Shown here: positions 26,249-34,020 of the stretch, one piece after another | Position numbering within the stretch: the stretch's first letter is position 1 | Layout of the letters: each line of letters opens with the position of its first letter | Origin: a bacterium | GTDB lineage: Bacteria > Patescibacteriota > Minisyncoccia > Phycocordibacterales > Phycocordibacteraceae | Assembly (NCBI GenBank): GCA_021813965.1 | Contig: JAKAJB010000001.1 | Location: 1-34,839, forward strand | Length of the DNA: 34,839 nt | Direction: 5' to 3' | Made by a program: the position numbers and the translations under genes | The notes under the pieces: generated by a model | Databases searched by the model: none | Seen by the model: only the letters and a program-made list of their open reading frames with translations | Told to the model about the DNA's origin: nothing

Positions 26249-26256
26249 GCTAAAAT
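26248..26256 (+). promoter_or_regulatory. Extended -10 box TGcTAAAAT, 7 nt upstream of the ATG at 26264
   Basis: TGCTAAAAT at 26248-26256. The track start at 26237 lies inside the hairpin. Confidence 0.5.
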
Positions 26257-26263
26257 AAACCGG

Positions 26264-27319
26264 ATGAATTTTCTTGAGAACCTCTTTTCGAAAAAGAAGT
26301 ACGCGGAATCAATCGTCCTGATCGATATCGGTGCCGATACCGTCGCCGGCGCGTATGTGCACTATTCGGACGGGGAACAGCCGACAATCCTCTACGTACG
26401 CCGCCTGCCCATCGAGATACGCCCGGATGAAGCGCACGATCGTGCCATGGTGCGCGCGCTCGAATTGCTCGCCGCCGACCTTATCCGCGAAGGCGCCCCC
26501 GTCCTCGCGCGAGCGACCGGCAGCGGAAGCATCGGGTCTATCCTCGTCTCGGTCGACGCGCCCTGGCAGGAAACGCGCGTACACACGGAGTATTTCGAAC
26601 AAGACGAATCTTTCATCTTCACCAAGGAATTGGTCGAGGCGAAACTGAAGAGCAGCGCTGCGGTATCTTCGGAAGAATTGCTCGCAGACACAAGCATCAT
26701 CGGCACCATCCTGAACGGCTATGAGACGAATAATCCATACGGCAGACGGGTCCATCGCGCGTCGATTATCGCGCTCACGTCGATTATCCAGCGAAGCGTC
26801 GCGGACGACATCTTGAGAGTGCTCAGCCGCAGTTATCACACCAAGAAGGTGTTCCCGATTGCCGGCAGCTCCCTTCGCTATCAGGCGATGCGGATACTGT
26901 TCCCGCACGAGCGGGACGCGCTCATCATCGACGCAACCGGTCGCGCCCTGACTTCCATTTCTCTTGTACGGAAAGGGATGTTCGTCACGATGGTCCATGT
27001 GGAGACCCGCTCCGATGACACCGAATGGGTGCCTGCCGTCACCAAGGAACTCGCGGAGCTAGCGAAGCATTACCCGTTGCCGCGCACCATCTTCCTGCTC
27101 GCACGCGAACAAGAGGTCGCGAGCCTGCGAGAGAAGCTCGATACGGCGAATTTCGCTCCGCTCTGGTTCGGCGATGCGCCGCCGAAAATCGTCGCCGTCC
27201 AAAAAAGCTTCGTCGGGGCTTCCGTACGGCAGATGACCACCAACACGCCCGGCCTCGTCGTCCTCCTCATGACGTTGTACTTCCGCGATCGGCACGCCGG
27301 ATCGGGCGAGATCCGGTAA
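26264..27319 (+). CDS. Hypothetical protein, possible actin-like (ASKHA; PilM/FtsA-like) fold
   Basis: The N-terminal IVLIDIGADTVAGAYV and the later ALIIDATGRALTSISLV resemble ASKHA phosphate-1 and phosphate-2 motifs. The coding call is firmer than the fold call. Confidence 0.6.
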   Translation: MNFLENLFSKKKYAESIVLIDIGADTVAGAYVHYSDGEQPTILYVRRLPIEIRPDEAHDRAMVRALELLAADLIREGAPVLARATGSGSIGSILVSVDAPWQETRVHTEYFEQDESFIFTKELVEAKLKSSAAVSSEELLADTSIIGTILNGYETNNPYGRRVHRASIIALTSIIQRSVADDILRVLSRSYHTKKVFPIAGSSLRYQAMRILFPHERDALIIDATGRALTSISLVRKGMFVTMVHVETRSDDTEWVPAVTKELAELAKHYPLPRTIFLLAREQEVASLREKLDTANFAPLWFGDAPPKIVAVQKSFVGASVRQMTTNTPGLVVLLMTLYFRDRHAGSGEIR

Positions 27320-27354
27320 TGCACAAGGCCTTCTCATAGGCTCGAACGACGGGG

Positions 27355-27363
27355 TGCTATACT
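27355..27363 (+). promoter_or_regulatory. Extended -10 box TGcTATACT, 6 nt upstream of the ATG at 27370
   Basis: TGCTATACT at 27355-27363. Confidence 0.5.
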
Positions 27364-27369
27364 CTCTCC

Positions 27370-28584
27370 ATGCATAAAATCGATGACATAATCCCGCCGT
27401 CCAAACGCCGCGAAAGCGAAAACCTTACCAACGAATCCGTCCCCCGCCGACCGCTCCATCTCTCGCAACACACGCCGGGTTTCCCGGTGAAGACTCTCGC
27501 TGCGGTCCTCATCGTGATTGTCGCGTCTTTCTGCGCACTGTATTACTTCTCTAGCGCGAAGGTCGAGATAACGCCGAGCACCGTCTCGGCGGCCGTCCAA
27601 AACTCTTTCACGGCGACAGAGAGCTCCGGCGATTTGCCCTACGAGATAATCACCTCGCAGAAAATAGCCTCGCAGAGCGTTAAGAGCAGCGGGACGAAAG
27701 AGGTCAATTCGTCCGCGTCCGGCACCATCACGATCTACAACACCCAATCGAAAGCGCAGCGGCTCATCACGAACACCCGCTTCGCGACGACCGCCGGCCT
27801 TATTTTCCGCATTCACACCGGCGTGACGATTCCTGCGGGCAGCGCGGCGAAGCCGGGCTCCCTGACGGCGAAAGTCTATGCTGACAAGACAGGCGATGCC
27901 TATAACGTCGGCCCGACGTCGTTCACCATCCCCGGATTCGCCGGCACGCCGCAAGAAAGCGAAGTGTACGCCCGATCGAGCGATGCCATGACCGGCGGCG
28001 CATCCGGTATGGTGCCACTCATCGATACCGCGCTCGAGACGCAGACCACGAACGCGCTTACTGCGGCACTCGCTCCCGAACTGGCAGCAAGCATTCAGGC
28101 TCTTGTCCCGACTGGCTACGTGCTTCTGCCCGGCGCTTCGACAACAACGCTCCAGGAACTCGCACCGGCGACTTCGTCGACGACCGGTATGGTCGAAGTG
28201 CGAGAGCAAGGCACCATCACCGCCGTCGTGTTCCCGAATGCCGCTCTCGCAAAGGCGGTGGCCACGTCCATCGCCGGTCTCGGCTATCAGGGCGAGCCGC
28301 TTACGCTCGCTCCGGCAAGCGACCTGACCCTCTCAGCAATCAGCCTCCCGGATGCGAATTCCTCCTCGTTCACCTTCACGCTGGCCGGCACGGCATCGCT
28401 TATCTACACCATAGATCCTACGCGCATTGCTGCCGCCGTCGCCGGAAAGACCCGCTCGGCCGCCGAAGTTGCGCTGACGAACTACCCCGAAGTCAAGCGC
28501 GCCGTCATCGTTCTTCGGCCGTTCTGGCGCCAATCGTTCCCCCAAGACCCTGCTTCCATATCGGTAACGACCGTTACCCCCTAG
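27370..28584 (+). CDS. Bitopic membrane protein: short cytoplasmic N-peptide, one TM helix, extracytoplasmic Ser/Thr/Ala-rich domain of about 330 aa
   Basis: MHKIDDIIPPSKRR..., then TM helix LAAVLIVIVASFCALYYF, then a beta-rich domain (GTITIYN...RLITNTRFAT..GLIFRI, YNVGPTSFTIPGF). Confidence 0.75.
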   Translation: MHKIDDIIPPSKRRESENLTNESVPRRPLHLSQHTPGFPVKTLAAVLIVIVASFCALYYFSSAKVEITPSTVSAAVQNSFTATESSGDLPYEIITSQKIASQSVKSSGTKEVNSSASGTITIYNTQSKAQRLITNTRFATTAGLIFRIHTGVTIPAGSAAKPGSLTAKVYADKTGDAYNVGPTSFTIPGFAGTPQESEVYARSSDAMTGGASGMVPLIDTALETQTTNALTAALAPELAASIQALVPTGYVLLPGASTTTLQELAPATSSTTGMVEVREQGTITAVVFPNAALAKAVATSIAGLGYQGEPLTLAPASDLTLSAISLPDANSSSFTFTLAGTASLIYTIDPTRIAAAVAGKTRSAAEVALTNYPEVKRAVIVLRPFWRQSFPQDPASISVTTVTP

Positions 28585-28590
28585 CAAGAT

Positions 28591-28619
28591 TTGACGATTC
28601 TTGGCACACCTGCTAGATT
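28591..28619 (+). promoter_or_regulatory. Sigma70-type promoter of the infA-ribosomal protein cluster: TTGACG, 17-nt spacer, TGcTAGATT
   Basis: -35 at 28591-28596 and -10 at 28614-28619 with TGc upstream. A 13-nt perfect palindrome CTAGATtATCTAG (28613-28625) overlaps the -10. Confidence 0.6.
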
Positions 28620-28653
28620 ATCTAGGTACCTTATGGGAGGCGATGCAAGCTAA

Positions 28654-28893
28654 ATGAGCGAAGAAGACGATACAAAAACGACGACGGCTGGGACCGTCGA
28701 GGAAGTATTGCCGAATTCGCTTTTCCGTGTCCGTCTCCCTGCCAAAGAGGAGGGAGGGGAAGGGGAACTAGTGCTCGCATACCTCGCAGGCAAGATGCGC
28801 CTACACCGTATCCGCGTCTTGATGGGAGATCAGGTAGACATGGTGCTGGACCCGTATGGCGGCCGTGCGAGGATCGTGCGTCGATTAACGTAA
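28654..28893 (+). CDS. infA: Translation initiation factor IF-1
   Basis: [16 protein letters not shown]...[34 protein letters not shown] is the S1-like IF-1 pattern. It carries an acidic N-terminal extension and a Gly/Glu-rich loop insertion ([10 protein letters not shown]). Confidence 0.9.
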   Translation: MSEEDDTKTTTAGTVEEVLPNSLFRVRLPAKEEGGEGELVLAYLAGKMRLHRIRVLMGDQVDMVLDPYGGRARIVRRLT

Positions 28894-28915
28894 CAACAAA
28901 TCAAACTTATTTACG

Positions 28916-29032
28916 ATGAAAGTTCGTGCATCAATCAAAGTCCAGCAACCGGGAGACCAGCTCGTCAGACGTGGCGGGCGCCTGTACCGTATTAACAAGA
29001 AGAACCCGCGCCGTAAGGCGCGCCAAGGCTAA
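28916..29032 (+). CDS. rpmJ: 50S ribosomal protein L36, Cys-less (zinc-independent) type, 38 aa
   Basis: Not in the ORF track because it is under 60 aa. My translation is [38 protein letters not shown]. It has the MKVRAS start and the RQG end, and sits in the canonical slot between infA and rpsM. Confidence 0.85.
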   Translation: MKVRASIKVQQPGDQLVRRGGRLYRINKKNPRRKARQG

Positions 29033-29041
29033 TTTTTTCGT

Positions 29042-29422
29042 ATGCGTATCGCCGGCGTTACTATTCCCGATAACAAGCAACTTGCGTATTCCTTGCCGAT
29101 CATCTTCGGTATCGGTCCCACGCGCGCCAAGGACATCCTGAAGGCCGCGAATATCCCCCTGACCAAGAAGGGCAGCGAGCTCTCTGCCGAGGAAGAGCAG
29201 AAGATCCGCTCACTCGCCGAAGCCTATCTCATCGAAGGCGAGCTCCGCCGCGAGATCGGCCAGAACATCAAGCGTCTCAAGGACATCCGCTCCATCCGCG
29301 GCGACCGCCACTCGAAAGGCCTCCCGGTACGCGGCCAGCGCACCAAGACGAACTCACGCACCCGTCGTGGTAACGTCCGCAAAACGATGACCTCGGGTCG
29401 CCGTACGCTCGAAAAGACGTAA
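29042..29422 (+). CDS. rpsM: 30S ribosomal protein S13
   Basis: MRIAGVTIPDNKQL.YSL..IFGIGPTRAKDIL and the basic C-terminal tail. Confidence 0.97.
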   Translation: MRIAGVTIPDNKQLAYSLPIIFGIGPTRAKDILKAANIPLTKKGSELSAEEEQKIRSLAEAYLIEGELRREIGQNIKRLKDIRSIRGDRHSKGLPVRGQRTKTNSRTRRGNVRKTMTSGRRTLEKT

Positions 29423-29450
29423 TCACTGATACTTTTACAATCACTTCATT

Positions 29451-29885
29451 ATGGGAAAGAAACGAATCATCAAGAAGAGCGGAAAAGGCATGGATCAGGG
29501 CCGGAAGGAGCGCGCCCTCGGGAAAGCGACCAAGCGCCACCTCGAGAAGGGCATCCTGCACATCGAAGCCACCTTCAACAATACGAAGGCGATCATCACC
29601 GACGAGAAAGGCAATGCGGTCGTGTCCTCTTCAGCAGGCGCCCTCGGCTTCTCGGGTGCCCGCAAGTCCACGCCGTATGCAGCGGCGAAGGTCGGCGAAT
29701 TCCTCGGCGAGAAAGGAACGATGATCGGCCTCAAAGAGGCGTCAGTCATCATCCGCGGCGTCGGCGCCGGCCGCGAGTCCGTGCTCCGCGCCTTCTCAGG
29801 CAAGGGCATCCAGATCCGCGCCATCAAGGATGCGACTCCGGTCCCGCACAACGGCCCGCGCCCGCCGAAACCTCGACGCATCTAA
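29451..29885 (+). CDS. rpsK: 30S ribosomal protein S11
   Basis: GILHIEATFNNTKAIITDEKGN...SSAG..GF.GARKSTPYAA and DATPVPHNGPRPPK.RR. Confidence 0.97.
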   Translation: MGKKRIIKKSGKGMDQGRKERALGKATKRHLEKGILHIEATFNNTKAIITDEKGNAVVSSSAGALGFSGARKSTPYAAAKVGEFLGEKGTMIGLKEASVIIRGVGAGRESVLRAFSGKGIQIRAIKDATPVPHNGPRPPKPRRI

Positions 29886-29897
29886 TATTTTTACTAC

Positions 29898-30509
29898 ATG
29901 AAAACTCCCCCGCGATACAAAACAGCGAAGCGCCTCGGCGCGACCGTCTTCGAGAAAGCTCAGACGCAGAAGTTCGCTATGTCTGCTGAGCGCTCCGAGA
30001 AGAACAAGCGCCGCGGACGCGGTCGCCAGAGCGAGTACGGCAAGCAGATGCTCGAGAAGCAGAAGGTCCGCATGACCTACGGCCTCACGGAACGCCAGTT
30101 CCGCAACTACGTGCGCAAATCCCTCGCTGCGCACAGCGCTAAGCCGTCCGACCTCCTCCACGAGCTCCTCGAGCTCCGCCTCGACAATGTCATCTGGCGC
30201 CTCGGCTTGGTGCCGACCCGCCGCGCCGCCCGCCAGATGGTGTCGCACGGCCACGTGATGGTCGACGGCAAGAAGAGCCGGGTGCCGTCGCAGGCGCTTT
30301 CCGTCGGCGACCGCGTGAGCGTGCGCGAGGGCTCGAAAGAGCACGGTTCGTTCGTCGGATTCACCGAGCGCTTCATGGAGCGGAAGCTCCCGTCGTGGCT
30401 CTCGTGGAATCCGAAGTCGATGGAGGGCAGCGTCGTCGAGAAGCCGACCTCCGCTTCAGCGGATGTCGCCGGCGACCTCGTCATGGTGCTCTCGTTCTAC
30501 ACGAGATAA
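29898..30509 (+). CDS. rpsD: 30S ribosomal protein S4
   Basis: YG.QMLEKQKVRMTYGLTERQFRNY and the S4 domain RLDNVIWRLGLVPTRRAARQMVSHGHVMVDGKK. Confidence 0.97.
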   Translation: MKTPPRYKTAKRLGATVFEKAQTQKFAMSAERSEKNKRRGRGRQSEYGKQMLEKQKVRMTYGLTERQFRNYVRKSLAAHSAKPSDLLHELLELRLDNVIWRLGLVPTRRAARQMVSHGHVMVDGKKSRVPSQALSVGDRVSVREGSKEHGSFVGFTERFMERKLPSWLSWNPKSMEGSVVEKPTSASADVAGDLVMVLSFYTR

Positions 30510-30545
30510 TTTGAGTATTAATTAATTGGTAATTACGATTGCGTT

Positions 30546-31493
30546 ATGGAATACCACATCACACTTCCGAGTAAGCCCCGTATCGTGTCCGAAGAGGGCG
30601 TGCAGGGCGTTTACGAGATAGACTCGCTCTATCCGGGCTACGGTCACACCCTCGGCAACTCGCTCCGCCGCATCATCCTCTCGTCTTTGCCGGGCGCCGC
30701 TATCACGCAGGTCAAGATCGACGGCGTGCCGCACGAGTTCGCGACGATCGACGGCGCACGCGAGACGGTCATGGAGATCCTTCTCAACCTCAAGCGCGTC
30801 CACTTCGTACTTCACGGCGATGAGCCGCAGACCATTTCGCTTTCCGCGAAGGGCACCGGCGAAGTCACCGCAAAGAACTTCAATCTTCCGAGCCAGGTCG
30901 AGATCATGAACCCGGAGCAGCACATCGCTGACCTCTCCGGCAAGGCATCGTTCGAGCTCGAAGCTACCATCGAACGCGGCCTCGGCTACGTGCCGCGCGA
31001 AGTCCTCACCAAGGACAAAGTCGACATCGGCACCATCGCGCTCGATGCGACCTTCACCCCGATCCGCCGCGTGAACTACGAAGTAGAGAACATGCGCGTC
31101 GGCGACCGCACGGATTTCAACCGCGTGCGCATCCTCATCGAGACCAACGGTACCATCTCGCCGCGCCAGGCGCTCGAGCAGTCCATCGAGACGATGATCC
31201 ACCAGCTGAAAGCCATCATCGGCTTCCAGGAAACCGCACCGGCTGCAGAAGAATCGTCGTTCTCCGGAGCGAAGGAGGAGAGTAGCATCGATGCTGCGAA
31301 AGTGAAGATCGCCGATCTCGAGCTCTCCGCACGCATCACCTCGGCGATCGAGGAGGCGGGCATCAAGAGCGCAGCCGGCTTGGCACGCAAGACCGCGTCG
31401 GCGCTCCTCGAGCTCGATGGCGTCGGCGAGAAGGCGGTCGAAGAGATTTCCACTGCGCTCGCGCGCTTCGGTCTCACGCTCAAGGGCGAATAA
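30546..31493 (+). CDS. rpoA: DNA-directed RNA polymerase subunit alpha
   Basis: GYGHTLGNSLRRIILSSLPGAAIT.VKIDGV.HEF and the C-terminal alpha-CTD HhH region (LELSARITSAIEEAGIKS...L). Confidence 0.97.
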   Translation: MEYHITLPSKPRIVSEEGVQGVYEIDSLYPGYGHTLGNSLRRIILSSLPGAAITQVKIDGVPHEFATIDGARETVMEILLNLKRVHFVLHGDEPQTISLSAKGTGEVTAKNFNLPSQVEIMNPEQHIADLSGKASFELEATIERGLGYVPREVLTKDKVDIGTIALDATFTPIRRVNYEVENMRVGDRTDFNRVRILIETNGTISPRQALEQSIETMIHQLKAIIGFQETAPAAEESSFSGAKEESSIDAAKVKIADLELSARITSAIEEAGIKSAAGLARKTASALLELDGVGEKAVEEISTALARFGLTLKGE

Positions 31494-31511
31494 TAAGCAT
31501 CAGATTCTGGT

Positions 31512-31865
31512 ATGGCCTACACTAAAAAAGCACAAACATTCGCCCGCAAAGCCGGTCCGCGCGCTGCGCTCATGAAGTCGCTCGCGCGCTCGCTCGTCCT
31601 CGAAGAGCGCATCTCGACCACCGAGGCCAAGGCCAAGGCGCTCCGCCCGCTCATCGAGCGCCTCGTGACCTACGCGAAGACGAATACGCTTGCTAGCCGC
31701 CGGCTGACCAAGAGCCGCCTCGGCGACGACGAAGCGGTTAAGAAGCTCTTCGAGTCCATCGGTCCGCGCTATGCGGAGCGTGCCGGAGGTTACACTCGCA
31801 TCGTGAAGCGCACCCTGCGCGGCAGCAATGATGCCCGCAAGCTTGCGTATATCGCTTTTGTCTAG
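31512..31865 (+). CDS. rplQ: 50S ribosomal protein L17
   Basis: GPRAALMKSLARSLVLEERISTTEAKAKALRPLIERLVTYAK and GGYTRIVK. Confidence 0.95.
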   Translation: MAYTKKAQTFARKAGPRAALMKSLARSLVLEERISTTEAKAKALRPLIERLVTYAKTNTLASRRLTKSRLGDDEAVKKLFESIGPRYAERAGGYTRIVKRTLRGSNDARKLAYIAFV

Positions 31866-31881
31866 TATTCATATAGTATCC

Positions 31882-32256
31882 ATGACCACCCGCATTACCA
31901 AACCGGAAGCCACTACCTACACGATCGATGCCACCGATCGCACGCTCGGCCGCGTCGCGAGCGAGGCGGCGCACGCCCTCCTCGGGAAGCGCTCGGTGCA
32001 CTTCACCAAGAACATAGCGCTCCCGATGACCGTCATCGTCGAGAACGCAGCGAAGCTGCATCTCCCGACCACGCGCACCAAGAGCAAGATCTACACCCGC
32101 TACACGGGCTTCCCGGGCGGTCTCCGCGAGATGAGCATGGAGGAGATGATCACGAAGAAGGGCATCGAGGAGGTCGTCAAGAAGACGGTGGACGGCATGA
32201 TTCCGCGCAACCGCCTGCGCGCCCCCCGCATGAAGAATCTCGTCGTTAAAGCATAA
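31882..32256 (+). CDS. rplM: 50S ribosomal protein L13
   Basis: Internal ATG (MTTRITKPE...) of track ORF 31828..32256, which would otherwise overlap rplQ. IDATDRTLGRVASEAAHALLGK, YTRYTGFPGG and MIPRNRL. Confidence 0.93.
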   Translation: MTTRITKPEATTYTIDATDRTLGRVASEAAHALLGKRSVHFTKNIALPMTVIVENAAKLHLPTTRTKSKIYTRYTGFPGGLREMSMEEMITKKGIEEVVKKTVDGMIPRNRLRAPRMKNLVVKA

Positions 32257-32262
32257 ACCAGT

Positions 32263-32661
32263 ATGGCAACCACTAATTTCATCAACGCTGTCGGACGCCG
32301 CAAGACCGCTATCGCGACGGTCCGCATGACGGCCGCGCCGAAGTCGAGCATCATCGTCAACGGCAAGACCGTCAAAGAATATTTCAAGACTGATCTGCGC
32401 GCGAAAGTCGCCGAAGAGGCGCTCGACATCGCGGACAGCGCAGAGAACTATGCGATCACCGCGCACGTCGTTGGCGGCGGCGTCGCGGCTCAGGCGGACG
32501 CGCTCCGCCATGCGATCTCCCGCGCGCTCACCGAGGCAGAACCGAAGACCCGCACGGTCCTCAAGGCCGCCGGCCTCATGCGCCGCGACCCGCGCGCCAA
32601 GGAGCGCAAGAAGCCGGGTCTCGTTAAGGCTCGCAAGGCCAAGCAGTGGTCCAAGCGCTAG
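32263..32661 (+). CDS. rpsI: 30S ribosomal protein S9
   Basis: AVGRRKTAIATVRM, GGGVAAQADALRHAISRAL, RRDPR.KERKK.G..KARKA.QWSKR. Confidence 0.97.
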   Translation: MATTNFINAVGRRKTAIATVRMTAAPKSSIIVNGKTVKEYFKTDLRAKVAEEALDIADSAENYAITAHVVGGGVAAQADALRHAISRALTEAEPKTRTVLKAAGLMRRDPRAKERKKPGLVKARKAKQWSKR

Positions 32662-32681
32662 TCTCTCCTCCATTTCTCCCC

Positions 32682-32713
32682 GCAGAAACCGCCACAAGGC
32701 GGTTTCTGCTTTT
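32682..32713 (+). terminator. Rho-independent terminator after rpsI
   Basis: 12-bp perfect stem GCAGAAACCGCC (32682-32693) / GGCGGTTTCTGC (32698-32709), loop ACAA, then TTTT. Confidence 0.9.
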
Positions 32714-32784
32714 CAAGCGTTGTGCTATACATCTATCCGGAGCCTGGCAATCTCGCTCAGGCAGACTCGTCGGGAGAGGTGCAT

Positions 32785-33336
32785 ATGTTACTACCAGAAA
32801 GTAATCCGTATGTCTCAGGCGAAATCTCGATCCTTGAGACGCTCGTGCGAACAGGCGAGGAGCGAGCCTCGGTCACGCTCCCGCTCCAGCTCCACATGTT
32901 CCTGGTCGGTTGTCTCGCAGAGCATCTGCACGATCCGGATATCGCCCATCACGTCCTCGCCTTGGGGCTTCTGCGCTCCGCGACGATAAGCGGCGAATCG
33001 GGGAACGTGCTCTTGAAGCGGACCGAAGACGCGGCGTTGCTGCTAGCAGGATTCTTTCCGGAGAGAGCCTCGCGTCTGCATGTCGGCCCTCGCTACTTCC
33101 GTGATATGGGTCAAGCCGCATACGCGAGCCTCGCCGTGAAGCTCCAAGCGGTAGGGAAGGCAGACCGCGGGAAGTTCTACGACGAGGTGGTCGAGCGGTT
33201 CCAACTTCTCGAAAACGTCCTGGACGCCGCGCGGGTACGACCCGGAGGAGACGAGGAGTCCTTCCGCTGGTGGTTGATAAAAGTAGTCATACGGGGCATA
33301 TTTAGGAGATGGATGAACACGAAGACGACGTCATAA
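32785..33336 (+). CDS. Hypothetical protein (183 aa) immediately upstream of grpE-dnaK
   Basis: This ATG is preceded by GGGAGAGG (32772-32779). The track start GTG 32722 lies in a TGcTATACA box (32722-32730). The gene overlaps grpE by 28 nt. No recognisable domain. Confidence 0.55.
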   Translation: MLLPESNPYVSGEISILETLVRTGEERASVTLPLQLHMFLVGCLAEHLHDPDIAHHVLALGLLRSATISGESGNVLLKRTEDAALLLAGFFPERASRLHVGPRYFRDMGQAAYASLAVKLQAVGKADRGKFYDEVVERFQLLENVLDAARVRPGGDEESFRWWLIKVVIRGIFRRWMNTKTTS

Positions 33337-33869
33337 TCGAGCCGGAATTGGGAAAGTCAGACTTTCCCAATGACGGGGTCGAACCGGAGATGATGGAGGA
33401 CCAGCCGGAGGCTAAGATCGCGAAGATGCGCGAGGAGCTCGGCGCGTGCCGCAAAGACAAGCAGGAATACATGGACGGCTGGCAGCGCGCCAAGGCCGAC
33501 TATGTGAATCTGCTCAAGCGATTTGAAACCGAGACGAAATCGGCGAAAACCACGGGCGTGGTGAAGGCAGTCGAGACGCTGCTTCCGGCCTTTGACGCGC
33601 TCGAGCGCTCCAAGGAGCACGGCGAGCTGCCGGAGGGCTTCACGGCAATCGCCCGGCAGCTCGAGAGCGCCTTCGCCGCCCTCGGGCTCGAGTCGATGGG
33701 TGAGGTGGGTGAGCATTTCGACCCCTCGCACCACGAGGCGCTCGGTCAGGACCCGACCGATTCAGCGGAGAAAGATGATACGATTACCGGTGTATTGGAG
33801 AAGGGGTGGCGAGTGGGCGATACAGTCATCCGCCCGGCGAAAGTGCGCGTCGCGCATTTCGGGAACTAG
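33309..33869 (+). CDS. grpE: Nucleotide exchange factor GrpE
   Basis: Acidic N-terminus, a long helix (RAKADYVNLLKRFE.E), then FDP..HEALGQ.........I..VLEKGW..GD.VIRPAKVRV. Confidence 0.9.
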   Translation: MDEHEDDVIIEPELGKSDFPNDGVEPEMMEDQPEAKIAKMREELGACRKDKQEYMDGWQRAKADYVNLLKRFETETKSAKTTGVVKAVETLLPAFDALERSKEHGELPEGFTAIARQLESAFAALGLESMGEVGEHFDPSHHEALGQDPTDSAEKDDTITGVLEKGWRVGDTVIRPAKVRVAHFGN

Positions 33870-33963
33870 CGAGGGCGGTGGGTCGAAAGAAGGGAGTAAA
33901 GACTTGGCCGAAGTAGCCTGGAACGCGCCCTTCTTTCGGCTCAGCGCCGAAGCGGACGCCCAG

Positions 33964-33993
33964 TTGCATTCGTAGTGGGTTTTTCTGTAGAAT
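33964..33993 (+). promoter_or_regulatory. Candidate promoter for dnaK: TTGCAT, 18-nt spacer, TAGAAT
   Basis: TTGCAT at 33964-33969 and TAGAAT at 33988-33993. The ATG at 34021 lies 27 nt downstream. Confidence 0.45.
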
Positions 33994-34020
33994 ACTTGTT
34001 GGCTTAATTTATATAAACGT

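Noticed and set aside
32662-34020. Searched for a CIRCE heat-shock operator around the grpE and dnaK upstream regions.
   Set aside because: No TTAGCACTC-N9-GAGTGCTAA-like inverted repeat is visible.
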